Below, piece after piece: positions 35,253-46,985 of a stretch of DNA of 51,342 bases. The notes beneath the pieces are model-generated. The model saw nothing but the letters and a program-made list of their open reading frames with translations, ran no database searches and was not told where the DNA came from. Source of the DNA: Saprolegnia diclina VS20 (taxonomy: Eukaryota); assembly GCF_000281045.1 (NCBI RefSeq), contig NW_008246089.1, positions 108,813 to 160,154 of the forward strand, in the 5' to 3' direction. The position numbers and the translations under genes are program-made. Every line of letters begins with the position of its first letter. Within the stretch, counting starts at the first letter, position 1.

Positions 35253-36389
35253 CTACGCGGCCGAGGTGGGCACGGACACACGCCGCGCCCACGGCCGCCA
35301 CCGACGCCACGTGGACTTGAGACGGCTGGAGAACGACGGCTTCTTGGCTGCATGATTGGTCGGCGGTGGCACGAGCAGCTCGGGCGACCGAATCGTCATG
35401 TGCATCGGCGTCTTTGGGGCCAGCNNNNNNNNNNNNNNNNNNNNNNNNNNNNNNNNNNNNNNNNNNNNNNNNNNNNNNNNNNNNNNNNNNNNNNNNNNNN
35501 NNNNNNNNNNNNNNNNNNNNNNNNNNNNNNNNNNNNNNNNNNNNNNNNNNNNNNNNNNNNNNNNNNNNNNNNNNNNNNNNCGGCGCGGGTGCACTTGCAG
35601 GAGGTGCCGCAGAATGTGCTGCACGTCACTTGACGGCACGTGGGCGTTGTGCGCGTGGAGGAGGCTCGCGAGGCCGCCCCGGCGGTACGCGGCGTAGAAG
35701 CCATCGGTCGCGACCGCCTCGTTGAATGGGTACCGCCCGACGACCATCGTGAAGAGCGCAACGCCGAGCGACCACATGTCGGCCTGCATGGGTGCGTACG
35801 TGCCGCCGCGGCGCACCTCGGGTGCCATGTACAAGAGCTTTCCGACCGGCTCGGCGGCGGGCGTTGCGGCCGCGGTTGCCAAGCCAAAGTCGCACAGCTG
35901 GCACGCGCCCGAGGCCGTCAAGAGCACGTTCTCGAGCGACACGTCGCGGTGCGCAAAGTGGCGCGTGTGCAAAAACGTCAGCGCCGCGTTGATTTCCGTG
36001 AGGTAGCGCAGCGCGAGCGCCTCGGCAAAGCGCGTCGCCGCCGAGAGCGTTGCGAGCAGCTCCTTTTGCGGGCAGTAGGCAAAGACAAGCGCCAGCATCG
36101 TGCGCGTACCCGCGTCATTGCCCTCGAGGACTTGGTCAAAGTAGAAGTGCGCTTGGAGTGGGCAAATGTGGTCGTGGCCGCCGGCGTCGCGCACGGCGAG
36201 GTTCACGGCGAGCTCGTTCACGACGTTCTCGTCGACCGTGTGGCCGTCGGCAACCGTCGTGTGGGCGGTCGCATGGGCCATGTCGATGAGCTTGATGGCG
36301 ACGACCGCCGAGGTCGAGACGTGTCGGCAGAGGAGGATGCGCCCGTAGATGGCGTCGGCGAGCGGTCGCAGCACGATGTAGTTCTCCAT
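35253..36389 (-). CDS. CAMK-like Ser/Thr protein kinase (interrupted by assembly gap)
   Basis: VAIK, HRDVSLENVLL, DFGLA, GKLLYMAPE, DMWSLGV motifs; N-run at 35425-35580. Confidence 0.88.
   Translation of the reverse strand: MENYIVLRPLADAIYGRILLCRHVSTSAVVAIKLIDMAHATAHTTVADGHTVDENVVNELAVNLAVRDAGGHDHICPLQAHFYFDQVLEGNDAGTRTMLALVFAYCPQKELLATLSAATRFAEALALRYLTEINAALTFLHTRHFAHRDVSLENVLLTASGACQLCDFGLATAAATPAAEPVGKLLYMAPEVRRGGTYAPMQADMWSLGVALFTMVVGRYPFNEAVATDGFYAAYRRGGLASLLHAHNAHVPSSDVQHILRHLLQVHPRXXXXXXXXXXXXXXXXXXXXXXXXXXXXXXXXXXXXXXXXXXXXXXXXXXXXXLAPKTPMHMTIRSPELLVPPPTNHAAKKPSFSSRLKSTWRRWRPWARRVSVPTSAA
35425..35580. other. Assembly gap (156 N)
   Basis: Run of N. Confidence 1.
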
Positions 36390-36738
36390 CCTGCGTCGAG
36401 GCGGCGCAAAGCAGAATGGCGGTTCCATTTCGAACCTTCGTTGCGCTTGATTATCGGTGGAAAATCGAACGCGGTTCAAACACTGGATGCCAAAAGATTC
36501 TGTTTGGCTACTGCAATGTTGATGCGACCGACCAAGATGGCCATCGACGAGCGTTCAAGGATCTTGTTGGCGCTCAAGCAGGACACTCTGGTGGTGAGCA
36601 GGGATCGCGACGTTCGAGCTGCGGCTCCCTTTCTCGCCGACCAGTAGCATGTTCCTTGTCTTCTATGGACACGACTCCAACATCACGGCGGTGGATCATC
36701 TCCTCAATAATCCAGCGTTTGATTATACAAGGATAATA

Positions 36739-38496
36739 TCAGCATAGGTGGGTTATGATATTTACGCCTGCGAACTCGGTCGCCAAGATTCCTGCGTCGT
36801 CCGGGCCATAGAAGAGGTTGCAGAGCGTCTCCAAGTCGAATTTTGTCGCCGGCGCAGCACTTGTCGCTGTTGCATTGATGACCGCAGCATGCGCAGCCTC
36901 GGTGTCGGCCATCGGGATCTCAACCGGCTGGCGAAACGTGGGGCGCCCCATCGTGTCGACTTCATTGTCGACGAGCTCGATAGCGGTGCCATTCGGCGCG
37001 CCAGGCGCAATGCCATGCCACTCAGCTTCGGGCTGCTCGGGCGCTACCTGCTCACTTGCAGGAGCGTGCACGTGGTGGTCGAGTGGTCCAGTTGCAAAGG
37101 GATCAATGGCCGCTTCGCTTTCTCGATGTTCGGGCGGTACCACGAGCATCGAAATACGGTTTTGGATCCCCGCGGGGCGGCCGATCTTGGACCCTATGCG
37201 CAATTTTCTCGTCCACTGCTTGAGGGTGCGTTGGACATCAACCTTGGACCGCCGCTACAAATTCTGAGTCGACAAGGCACCAGTTGCATCGAGTACCAGA
37301 TTGGCTTGGCCTGGCTTCGTTGACCTGAGTAGATCCATCGTCTGCGCGTCGTGTTGGATCTGGCCGTTCAGAATGTTTGTTATCGCGGTCCACGCCGTGT
37401 CGACTTGACCATAGGCACGCAGTAGCCAAGAGATTTCAAACTCGGTGAATGGCACATCGTGTCTAGGGGCAGAGTGGACTTTACGCGATAAGATGAGGTG
37501 CATCGTACGTCGACACGATGGTCGGGTCCGAGTACCCGTCCCATCGATCGAGGCATTGCTTGATCCTAGCCACTGAACTTGTGGCAACGTGCTCGTAAAG
37601 GCGCCAAAATTCCTACGGTCGGCCAACGCGCGCCGCAATGTCCTTCCACTTCGCGTTTGGGTCCTTCAACGTTTCGCGAACGAGCGTCTCGATTTGGGCC
37701 TTCGTCCAACGGCCCAGCACGAGATCAGGGTCCAGGGATCGTGTCCATTTCTGATTGCACTGAGTGTTGTCGCGTCCGAGCACACGCCACGCCACCAGCT
37801 ACGCAAAGCAGTCGTTATNNNNNNNNNNNNNNNNNNNNNNNNNNNNNNNNNNNNNNNNNNNNNNNNNNNNNNNNNNNNNNNNNNNNNNNNNNNNNNNNNN
37901 NNNNNNNNNNNNNNNNNNNNNNNNNNNNNNNNNNNNNNNNNNNNNNNNNNNNNNNNNNNNNNNNNNNNNNNNNNNNNNNNNNNNNNNNNNNNNNNNNNNN
38001 NNNNNNNNNNNNNNNNNNNNNNNNNNNNNNNNNTGTTGTCGCGTCCGAGCACACGCCACGCCACCAGCTACGCAAAGCAGTCGTTATTGTGGTGATGTGG
38101 TCTGCACATCCCAATGACGGTCGTGGCGTGCCCCAGTACAACTGTAGGCTGTAGGGAATAGAAACGCAGTATAGGCAGTATGCTGTGCGAAGATAAACAG
38201 AGTCAAATATACCCGGAACCCCACACATAGCGTCCACGGCGACGACCACTTCACGACATTATCACCATCGAGAATGCATTCCATACGATCCAGTCGACGT
38301 TGGTCGTTTTTCTATCGTAGTTTGGGTACAATTGGTACCTGGCGTTCCGCAACTGGTTCTCCTACGCAAAGCGTTTCAAGTGCGTTGGCGGCGGCGAGAG
38401 CGACAGTACCTGCTCCTTGGACCACGTACAGCGTACTCTCCTCGTCGACGGTATAGCCGGCGTGGGACAAAGTCGCCGTGAAAGCTGGGAGAGCAT
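36739..38496 (-). CDS. Myb/SANT-repeat DNA-binding protein (multi-exon, spans gap; ends uncertain)
   Basis: TWSKEQ|ENQLR...DW; RHWD|LVAWRVLGRDNTQCNQKWTRSLDPDLVLGRWTKAQIETLVRE...KWKDIAARVGR; PFTEFEISWLLRAYGQVDTAWTAI. Regularly spaced Trp typical of Myb repeats. Confidence 0.65.
37819..38033. other. Assembly gap (215 N) flanked by identical 54-bp sequences
   Basis: 37765-37818 equals 38034-38087. Confidence 0.95.
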
Positions 38497-38945
38497 GCTG
38501 GCAGAAGTAGGGGCTGCGGAGTTGGATGCGTGTTTGAAAATGGCATCGGACGGAACGAGCTCGGCTTTTTGTCGAGCAGCCGTATCAAGTTGCATTATCA
38601 ATCCATTTGTCGCTTTTTACCAATCAAATCGTTGTATTGTGGAGTGTGCGCCCGTCTTGGTCGCAAGTGAGCTTGACACTAACTTGCCACAAAGATGATA
38701 ATTGAATGACGGATATGGGGTCAACTAGACAGTATTGGGTGTTTTTGGAAGTATCAATTTTGTGTCAAGATCACTTGCGACCAAGCCACGCGCACGCCCA
38801 ACAGTATAACGATTTGATTGGTGAAGAGCGATAAATGAAACGATAATACAACTTGATACAGAACGACGAAAAGCGTTGCGCCCGATGCCATTTCCAATCA
38901 TGCATCCACCTCCGCAACTTCTGCCAACAAGTTCATCATGCTCTC
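38489..38945. repeat. Imperfect inverted repeat, ~190-bp arms with ~70-80-bp spacer
   Basis: 38582-38679 matches the reverse complement of 38762-38859 at 82/98 positions by hand; similarity extends outward through AAATGGCATCGG, TGGCAGAAGT and GAGAGCATG with indels. Confidence 0.9.
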
Positions 38946-40611
38946 ATGGTCCCAAGAGTCAGCGATCGCATCAGTCGGCTCAGTCGTCCAAAACTTCTTA
39001 ATCTGCACCAGGGCGAGGAGCTCGTGAGGTCTTCTCGAGTCTTGAGGCGCCGCATCTCAAAACATGGGACAGTGGCGAGATCGCCGTCGAGCACGCGTGG
39101 CAGCGTCGGCATCGCGCGGGCAAGGCACGGATATGGGACCAACTCTACATTATTGTCTTTGAGGTCCTTTTCCGTGCTCTCGTCGACGTCGCTTCGACGC
39201 GAGCAGCGGTGGAACGCGAAATTGTCCTACAATTATCGTGGAGCAATTTCGTGTATAAAATTCTACAATTATTGTACTAGTACAATTTTATATGAAACGA
39301 ATGCAATACATCGCTGTTTTCTGCCACAGCGCTTTTTCGCGACGAACATCAGGCTCCATGGCAAGTCGCAACACACAGGCTTGCCGCAAGCTACACTGTA
39401 GTCCCCTCGTCCACAGTTTGGACCTTGCACTTTATTGCAGGTCGCTCGCTCCCTGGAAACACGTCAGCTGAGCCGTCGCCATCCTTTGACTTCTGTCATG
39501 ACGATCTCTGCGAGCTGCAAGCTCGATGGCAATGGCGCGTGCGCGACACCTTCGGGTAGTAGCCACAGAATCTCTCAGTCGATCGTACTGTCCGTCGCAC
39601 GGGACACATTGAATCCAAGCGCACTAAACAAAGCTAACGTTAGTACGTTTTCACATGTCAGTACACGTATGTACACTAGCCCATCGCCGTCATGCGAGCA
39701 TCTCCCTCTCGACAGTACGTGCGCTTGGCCCACGCTGGTCAAGCCCTATCACACAGGGTGGAAAGCACTGCCCAGGAGGGGGGAGGAGCTGGCACATGCG
39801 CGAGTAACTTGGTCGTAGGTTGAAGCTGCACCCGCCATCTGGTTCACTTGCCCTCGTTGGCGCCTTTTGAGCGCAGCATCTCGGACTCGCTCGTCTCCTT
39901 CTCGACGGCTTGAATCGCTCGACCTTTGTTCCCAATCGCCACACACTGCACAAGGATACGCCGCAGCAGTCAACATCGCGAAGTGCAAAGACAGGCGGTA
40001 GCAACAAGCGACGTGCACCGAAGATCGCGCTTGGAGGAACCGGACCTCACGGGTTCACACGTCTTACACACACAAGAGTTCCTACGCGCTATAGCTCAAC
40101 CACTCTATAAACGACTAAGTTAGTAAAAGACTATAAACGCCGGGTCCTTCGCAGGAGAAATTTGGCGTCGGATGCGCCCGTTGCACAGTGGTTTCTGAGC
40201 AAACGTCAACACCACAGTGTATTATAATCTTGTTCACGCCATATTAAAATGCATGTTTCTACTAAACATTGATGCTATCGACTACACCCTACAAAAAACA
40301 AGTAATTTAGTTTAGTCGAATCGAACTTTCAATAAAAATGCCGCCGACCTGAACCAAAGTGCTCACTGTGAAAAATACACTGCGGTGTTTTACACTGATA
40401 ACCTTCCAAAATCCACACAATACCGGCAATCCAAACGACTCTTATCGGTAGTTTTTAGGTATGAAAACGAATACTTTGGAATGTCGCTAGAAAGGGCAAC
40501 GTCGTGGCGTGGGAATGGATATTTCACATGCGGGATACTCGGTACCTGGCACTACCAGACGGTTGCGAGTATTACACATTGCGGCGCAGTCAAGTTTTTT
40601 CCTCCGACGAG

Positions 40612-43113
40612 ATGCAACGCGGCGCGACGCTCGCCGCCATGGCCGCGCTGGTGCGACCCGCATTGGCCGGCAACCAGAACGACCCGACGCAGCCGACCAA
40701 GTCGGGCCTCGGCACCTGGATCGATGCCCACACGCCGACCGACGCGTACACCAAGCTGAGCTCGCGCGGCGACACGTGGAACCTCGTCATGAGCGACGAG
40801 TTCAACCTCGATGGCCGCCAGTTTGCGTACGGCAACGACCACATCTGGACGGCGCTCGACATTCCCGATGGCGTCAACCGCGCAATGGAGCTCTACAGCT
40901 CCAAGAGCGTGTATACCGAGGGCGGCTACTTGTACAACCGGGTCGACGAAGGCCCGGTGAACGTGAGCTTTTGGAACTCGTGGTCCGAGACGCCGGGCTA
41001 CGAGAACAAGACGATGCACTACACGGCCGGCATGATGCAGTCGTGGAACAAGTTTTGCATCCAAGGCGGGTTTGTGCAAGTGCGCGCCATGCTCCCGGGT
41101 GCGATCAACAAGGAGTCGTTCAACCCGCATATTCTCGGCTACAAGTGGGCGCCGCCGCCCATCAACAAGATTCCGATCAACGACAAGGACAAGATCCCCG
41201 ACATTCGCTTCTACCCGACGTGGCCAGGTCTCTGGCTCATGGGCAACCTCGGCCGCGCCCTCTTCGCAGCATCGACCAACCGCATGTGGCCGTGGACGTA
41301 CGACGAGTGCGACGAGCGGTACGAGACCAACCAGCGCATCTCGGCGTGCAACAAGAACCCGGGCTTTGGCCTCAACCCAAACCAAGGCCGCGGCGCACCC
41401 GAGATCGATATCCTCGAAGGCGGCGGCACGGCAATTTCGTCGTCGGTTCAAATTGCACCGGGCATGCCCGACGAGTACCGCCGCACCAAGCCGATCCTCA
41501 AGCTTGAGAGCGTCACCAACGTCGACGCGCAAGGTACGACGTCACGAAGGCTCGCTCGCAGCCAACACCGTATGTGTTGTTAGGGCGCAAGGGCCAGGGC
41601 CACCTCTTTTGCTACTACGACAAGAACTGCCTCACACCCGGCGCCAACATGGCCGACGTTCCAACGGCGACGTTCGCCTCGCGCGGCCACAAGTCGTGGT
41701 ACCACGGCCTCCGGTACGCGGCCAACGACCGGTGCAACCCCGACCCGAAGCTTGTCCAGCAGTACGCGTCGGTGGCGGCTGCCCAGAACGGCACCATCAT
41801 CGACAACCAATTCGACATCAAAACCATTAGCTCGGGCCGTGATTTGCACGCTGACTTGAGCTTGATGGACGGGAAGGGCCCGCTGCACTGGGGCATCAAC
41901 TACAAGGGCACGTGCTTCCCGATCTCGAACGGGTACATTGGCGGGTTCCTCTGCGACCCGGACAATATGAACGACAAGTGCGAGAACCCGCGCAAGCCCG
42001 GCGTGCCCCTCACGCGCCAAATGGAGACGTTTGCGTACCAAATGGACGCGATTTCGTCCAACTGGGACATTTCGTTTGAGCACTACAAGATGTTTTTCAA
42101 CTACGAGATCGAGTGGTAACTCTATCTTTCTACTAATTAAAGTCAGCTCATCCTCGACTTGTAGGGTCATGGGCGACGACGGCTACATTCGCTGGACGCT
42201 CGACGACGCGCCGATCTTTGAAATTCCGGCGACGTCGATGACCAACCCGCCCCAAGGCGGTGCGACCGTCAACCCCAAGAAGCTCATGATTGAGGAGCCG
42301 TCGTACATCATCTTCAACATTGCCATGGCGTCGGCGTGGGGTACGCGTTTGTGTTTGGAGATTCGAATGTGAATCTCAAAACCATTGTGTTTTGCAGGTG
42401 CGATGCCACCGAACTACGAAGTCGGGCCGTGCCGCGGCAATGCGACCATGCCTGCCGACCCCAACGTCCGCCGCATCACAGACAACATTTGCGACTCGTT
42501 CCCGATGTACATGGTCATTGACCACATTCGCATTTGGTACCCGCTTCGATCCCCACATTTGACCTTACGCACCTTTCGTAGGCAAGACACGTCCGTGGGG
42601 TCCAAGATGAGCGTCGGCTGTGACCCGGCAAGCCACCCGACCAAAGAGTTCATCAAGGCGCACATCCTCAACTACACGGACCCGCTCAACAAGGACGTCG
42701 AGGTCGCAGGCAAAAACACCTGCATCAACGACGACGACTGCTCGATTGCCGGCGGGACACCGACGGGCCGCTGCATCAAGGAGCGCTGCGAGTGCATTAC
42801 GCTCTGGGCCGGCCCCCGCTGCACCAAGTACACGCCGAACCTCAACAGCGACGAGAAGGAGGCGTCGTTTGGCCCCAAGGTTGTCTACCCCGCGTCGATT
42901 CTCGGCGCCCTCATCCTCATTGTCGTGGCCACGACGATCGTGCGTCGACGACGTCACGTGGCCGAAGTCGAAGCCGCGAATGCATTTGCGGAAATGAAGA
43001 GCGCCAAGGCCGCGGCGATGGCGGCCGAAACGGACGACGACGCGAGCAACAACGCTAGCAACAACCGCCGGTACTATGGCCCGGCCGCCGCCCAACCGCG
43101 CAACCTCGCTTGA
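40612..43113 (+). CDS. KRE6/SKN1-like beta-glucan synthesis-associated GH16 protein, copy 1
   Basis: Signal peptide, LVMSDEF, MQSWNKFC, TWPGLWLMGNLGRA, GRGAPEIDILEG (ExDxxE), EEPSYIIFN, IDHIRIWQD, EGF-like Cys cluster, C-terminal TM. Confidence 0.92.
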
Positions 43114-43194
43114 GCCCGCGCCGTACCGCATACCGAGTTCGTTATGCTTTCTGTGAAATGGAATTTTCCCTGCTTTTGTTTGTCATTTTTTAGG

Positions 43195-43248
43195 GAAAAG
43201 TGCAACCAGTTTGAGAAAAAGGGCAACCATTTTGAGAAAAAGTGCAAC
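43195..43248 (+). repeat. ~21-bp tandem repeat GAAAAAG(T/G)GCAACCA(G/T)TTTGA, ~2.6 copies
   Basis: Direct reading; lies ~130 bp upstream of the INR at 43381. Confidence 0.8.
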
Positions 43249-43380
43249 ACTCATCGGGACTCATACACACCATAATGAACCATGGCAAGAGTCTCCGGTC
43301 GACGGCTTCCGACACCCGTCTCCTTCACTCCTGAACGGCAAAGAAGCTGACCTCGTCCCACGTGAGATAGCACCGTTGGT

Positions 43381-43395
43381 GTCATTTCCCAATTT
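43381..43395 (+). promoter_or_regulatory. Oomycete INR+FPR core promoter
   Basis: GTCATTTCCCAATTT matches the TCATTYYNCAWTTT consensus, starting 27 nt before ATG 43408. Confidence 0.7.
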
Positions 43396-43407
43396 GACGC
43401 GAACCGA

Positions 43408-44256
43408 ATGGCGCGAAAGCTGCCGTGCGTGCGACTGCCCGCGTCGTGGCTGCTTATTGAGAACCTCGTGGAGGAAGTCCTCACGTTCCTAATCGGTCGA
43501 GATGTGCGCGCCTTTGCATCGGCGCTGCGCTCGCACCGCCCGACAATGGCCTTTGTGATCTCGCCGACTCTCTGGACGCGGCTGTTGAGCATGCTACCGC
43601 GACTGCCCGGGGTGCCACCGCCGACGATCCTCCCGGCGCCGTGCCTGCTCACGACGTATGCCACTGCGCTGGACCACGCAACGTGGCTGCGAAACCACGT
43701 GCACGTCGTGCACGCAACGCTCGACGATGTGAACGACGGCCGAATGCAGACGCTGGTGTTTCCAACGACACGGGGCTTACGCCACCCGCCGTTGGGCTCG
43801 GCCGCCGCCGCCGCCCACGCAATCGCCCTTGAGTCGTGCATAGATGTCGAGGTGCGCCTCGTGCCCCGTCTGCAGCTGCAGCGAGGCAGTGTGTGGTCGA
43901 CGTCGGGCGGGCACTCGACGTTTGCTACGTTTCTGCACGCGATCGGACCGGCCACGAACGACCTCGACAAGCTGGAGCATCTCGCGCGGACGTACGACAA
44001 CGTGTGGGCGCAAGCAGCGACTCTGGTTGCAGAGACGGAGCTGCCCCGCCGACACGCCATTGGTGTCTTGCCCATTGGTATGGGCCTCGCGCAGTGCCCT
44101 ATTGCTGCGGCAGCTACGTGCACGCTCGCGCAGCTCTCGAGCCGGGCGTTTGGGGCGAACGTGCTCGTTGCTTCAGCCTCGGTGACGTTCATTTGCAACG
44201 ACAAGGTCGTCTTTGCCGCCATTGATGCTGTGCGACAGGCGCTACTCGAGACGTAG
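43408..44256 (+). CDS. F-box-like N-terminus + divergent macrodomain protein (intronless)
   Basis: LIENLVEEVLTFL...PTLWTRLL (F-box-like); VHVVHATL, TLVFPT, GSVWSTSGG, FLHAIGP, LARTYDNVW, IGVLPIGMGLAQCP, VTFICND follow the macro-fold motif order; INR upstream. Confidence 0.6.
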   Translation: MARKLPCVRLPASWLLIENLVEEVLTFLIGRDVRAFASALRSHRPTMAFVISPTLWTRLLSMLPRLPGVPPPTILPAPCLLTTYATALDHATWLRNHVHVVHATLDDVNDGRMQTLVFPTTRGLRHPPLGSAAAAAHAIALESCIDVEVRLVPRLQLQRGSVWSTSGGHSTFATFLHAIGPATNDLDKLEHLARTYDNVWAQAATLVAETELPRRHAIGVLPIGMGLAQCPIAAAATCTLAQLSSRAFGANVLVASASVTFICNDKVVFAAIDAVRQALLET

Positions 44257-44290
44257 TCGGTGACGTAGTCGGTGACGTAGTCGGTGACGT
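44250..44290 (+). repeat. 12-bp perfect tandem repeat GACGTAGTCGGT x3.4 overlapping a stop codon
   Basis: Direct reading. Confidence 0.95.
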
Positions 44291-44562
44291 TGCGTCGTCG
44301 CAGGAGAATCATTACGAGTGTTGTTGATCATGTCTCCGGGGTGAGGTTGCATTGGGGTAGGGTTAAATGGGGATAGGGGTTTCCTCCCAAGCAGGAGGAT
44401 ATCGCGAGACTGGTATATATATGCATATTACATTTTTGTTCACAAACGACCATAGATTACGGTACAATGGGTAGCGACATTCGAAGCGTGCGCCTTTGGT
44501 CCGTGTCGTCGTCGTCGTCACGGTGGCTACGCCGAGTTGTCCTATGAGCGCCATAACAAAAC

Positions 44563-46985
44563 TTAGGCCCGAGCGTGCTGGTACTCGACATCGCGGTCGC
44601 CCAGTACAATGATATCGGATGGCCGCGCCGAGAGCTGGCTCTTGCGCTGGTCGCGGAATACTTCCAGCGTCTTCTCGAGCGTCCGGCGCTGCTTTTGGCG
44701 CAGAATGAACGCGCCGACCGACGCCGCGACCGCAAAGGCGACAAGGCCCACGGAAAGCGCCATGGACGGGCCGAACGACGCGTCCTTGAGGTCGTACTTG
44801 GTGCATCGGGGGCCCGTCCACCCGTGCATGCACTCGCACCGGCTTTTGACACACGCGCCCGTGAGACTCGTAATGACGGTGCAGTCGTCGGCCGAGTTGC
44901 ACGACGCGCCGCCCGCGACCGGAAGGTCCAAGTTGAGCGGGTCCGTGTAGTTGGTGATGTGCGCCTTGATAAACTCCTTGGTCGGATGCGTTGCGGGGTC
45001 ACAGCCGTAGCTCATGCGCGACGCGTCTTGCCTAGTGGACTTTGACGTTGGAGAAGAGAGAGCTAGTGTTGTACCAGACGCGGATGTAGTCGATCGACAT
45101 GTACATCGGGAACGAGTCGCAAATGTTGTTGGACATCTTGGCCTCGTCCGAGCCTGGAGTGGGCATTGAAGCGTTGCCGCGGCACGGACCGACCTGCCAG
45201 TTGGGCGGCGTCGCACCTATGCGTGGAGCACCGTTCGGACTCAGTTGGCCAACGGGCAAGGCATTGTACCCCAGGCCGATGCCATCGCCACGTTGAAGAG
45301 AATGTAGCTCGGCTCCTCAATCATGATCTTCTTCGGGTTGGGCTCCTTCCCGCCTTGGGGCGGGTTGGTCATCGACGACGCCGGGATCTCAAAGATCGGC
45401 GCGCCATCGAGGGCCCAGCGCACGTAGCCATCGTCGCCCATGACCCTAATCCACGAGGCTGAGTATAGAGCCTACGCAGCGACGCCTCGTACCACTCGAG
45501 CTGGTACTTGTAGTACGTCGTGTACGCTTCGTAGTTAATGTCCCAGTTGGATGAAATTGCGTCCATTTGGTACTCGAACGGCTCCATCATCATGGTCTCC
45601 TGCTCGTGGGCCTTGCGCGGGTTGTCACATTTCGGGTTCATGCTGTCGCGGTCGCAGAGGAACCCGCCCTTGTACCCGTTTGCGATCGGAAAGCACGTGC
45701 CCTTGTAGTTGATACCCCAGTGCAGCGGGCCCTTGCCATCAATCAAGCTCAAGTCCGCGTGGAGGTCCTTGCCCGAGCTAATGGTTTTGATGTCCCACTG
45801 GTTGTCGATGATCGTGCCGTTCTGGGCGGCAGCGACCGACTCGAACTGCTGAACAAGCTTCGGGTCGGGCGAGCACCGGTCGTTGGCCGCGTACCGGAGA
45901 CCATGGTACCACGATTTGTGACCCCGGGACGCAAAGGCGGCGGTCGACACGTCGGCCATGTTGGCTCCGGGCGTGAGGCAGTTCTTGTCGTAGTAGCAAA
46001 AGACGTGACCGACGCCCTTCCGGCCTTGAGGGTCAACGTTGGTCGAGGCCTCGAGCGCCAGCACGGGGGTTGTGAGGCGGTACTCGTCCGGCATGCCCGG
46101 TGCAATCTGGACAGACGACGAGATCGCCGTGCCACCGCCTTCGAGGATATCGATCTCAGGCGCGCCGCGGCCTTGGTTTGGGTGAAGCCCAAAGCCCGGG
46201 TTCTTGTTGCAGGCCGAGATGCGCTGGTTCTTGCGCGACAGCTCCGTGCACTCGTTGTACGTCCACGGCCACATCTTGTTGGTCGACGCTGCAAAGAGCG
46301 CGCGGCCGAGGTTGCCCATGAGCCAGATACCCGGCCACGTCGGGTAGAACCGAATGTCGGGGATCTTGTCGGCGGGCTTGATGGGCTTCATGCCCTGCGG
46401 CGTCCAGAGCTTGCCTTGGACGTGCGGGTTCATCGACTCCTTGTTCAAAGCGCCTGGGAGCTTGGCGGCGACTTCAACATACCCGCCTTGGATGCAAAAC
46501 TTGTTCCACGACTGCACCATCGCCGCCGAGTAGTACTAGAGAGACAGTCAACAGACTAAACTCGGACTCGAACGCACCATCTTCTTTTTCGTCCAGCCAG
46601 GGATGTTGGCCCACACGTTGTAGTACGAGATATCGACTTCGCCCGAGTCGATGCGAATGTGGAACGACCCGTTCTCGGTCAACGCGTTCTTGGGCGTGTA
46701 GATCTCGATCGCGCGGTTGACGCCGTCCGGAATGTCGAGCGCGGTCCAGAGATGGTCGTGCCCGGCGCTAAAGTTGCGTCCGTCGAGCTCAAACTCGTCG
46801 CTCATGACGAGCTGCCACGCGTCGCCGCGGGAGCTCGTCTTGTTGTAGACGTCCTTGGGCGTGTTGACATCGACCCACGTCGGGACACCCGACTTGGTCG
46901 GCTGCGTGTTGTCGCCAATATCGAGGCCGTAGACCGCCGTATGGGCAGCGATGAGTAGGAAGGCGGCTGTCGATCGTAGTACCAT
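44563..46985 (-). CDS. KRE6/SKN1-like GH16 protein, copy 2
   Basis: Signal peptide MVLRSTAAFLLIAAHTAVYG, LVMSDEF, QSWNKFC, GRGAPEIDILEG, EGF-like and TM C-terminus. Confidence 0.92.

Noticed and set aside
39400..40100. Intron-like minus-strand signal (CTAAC...TTTAG) and short ORFs
   Set aside because: No continuous frame or product identifiable.
43195..44290. Short repeats as a CRISPR-like array
   Set aside because: No spacers, eukaryotic context, no cas genes.
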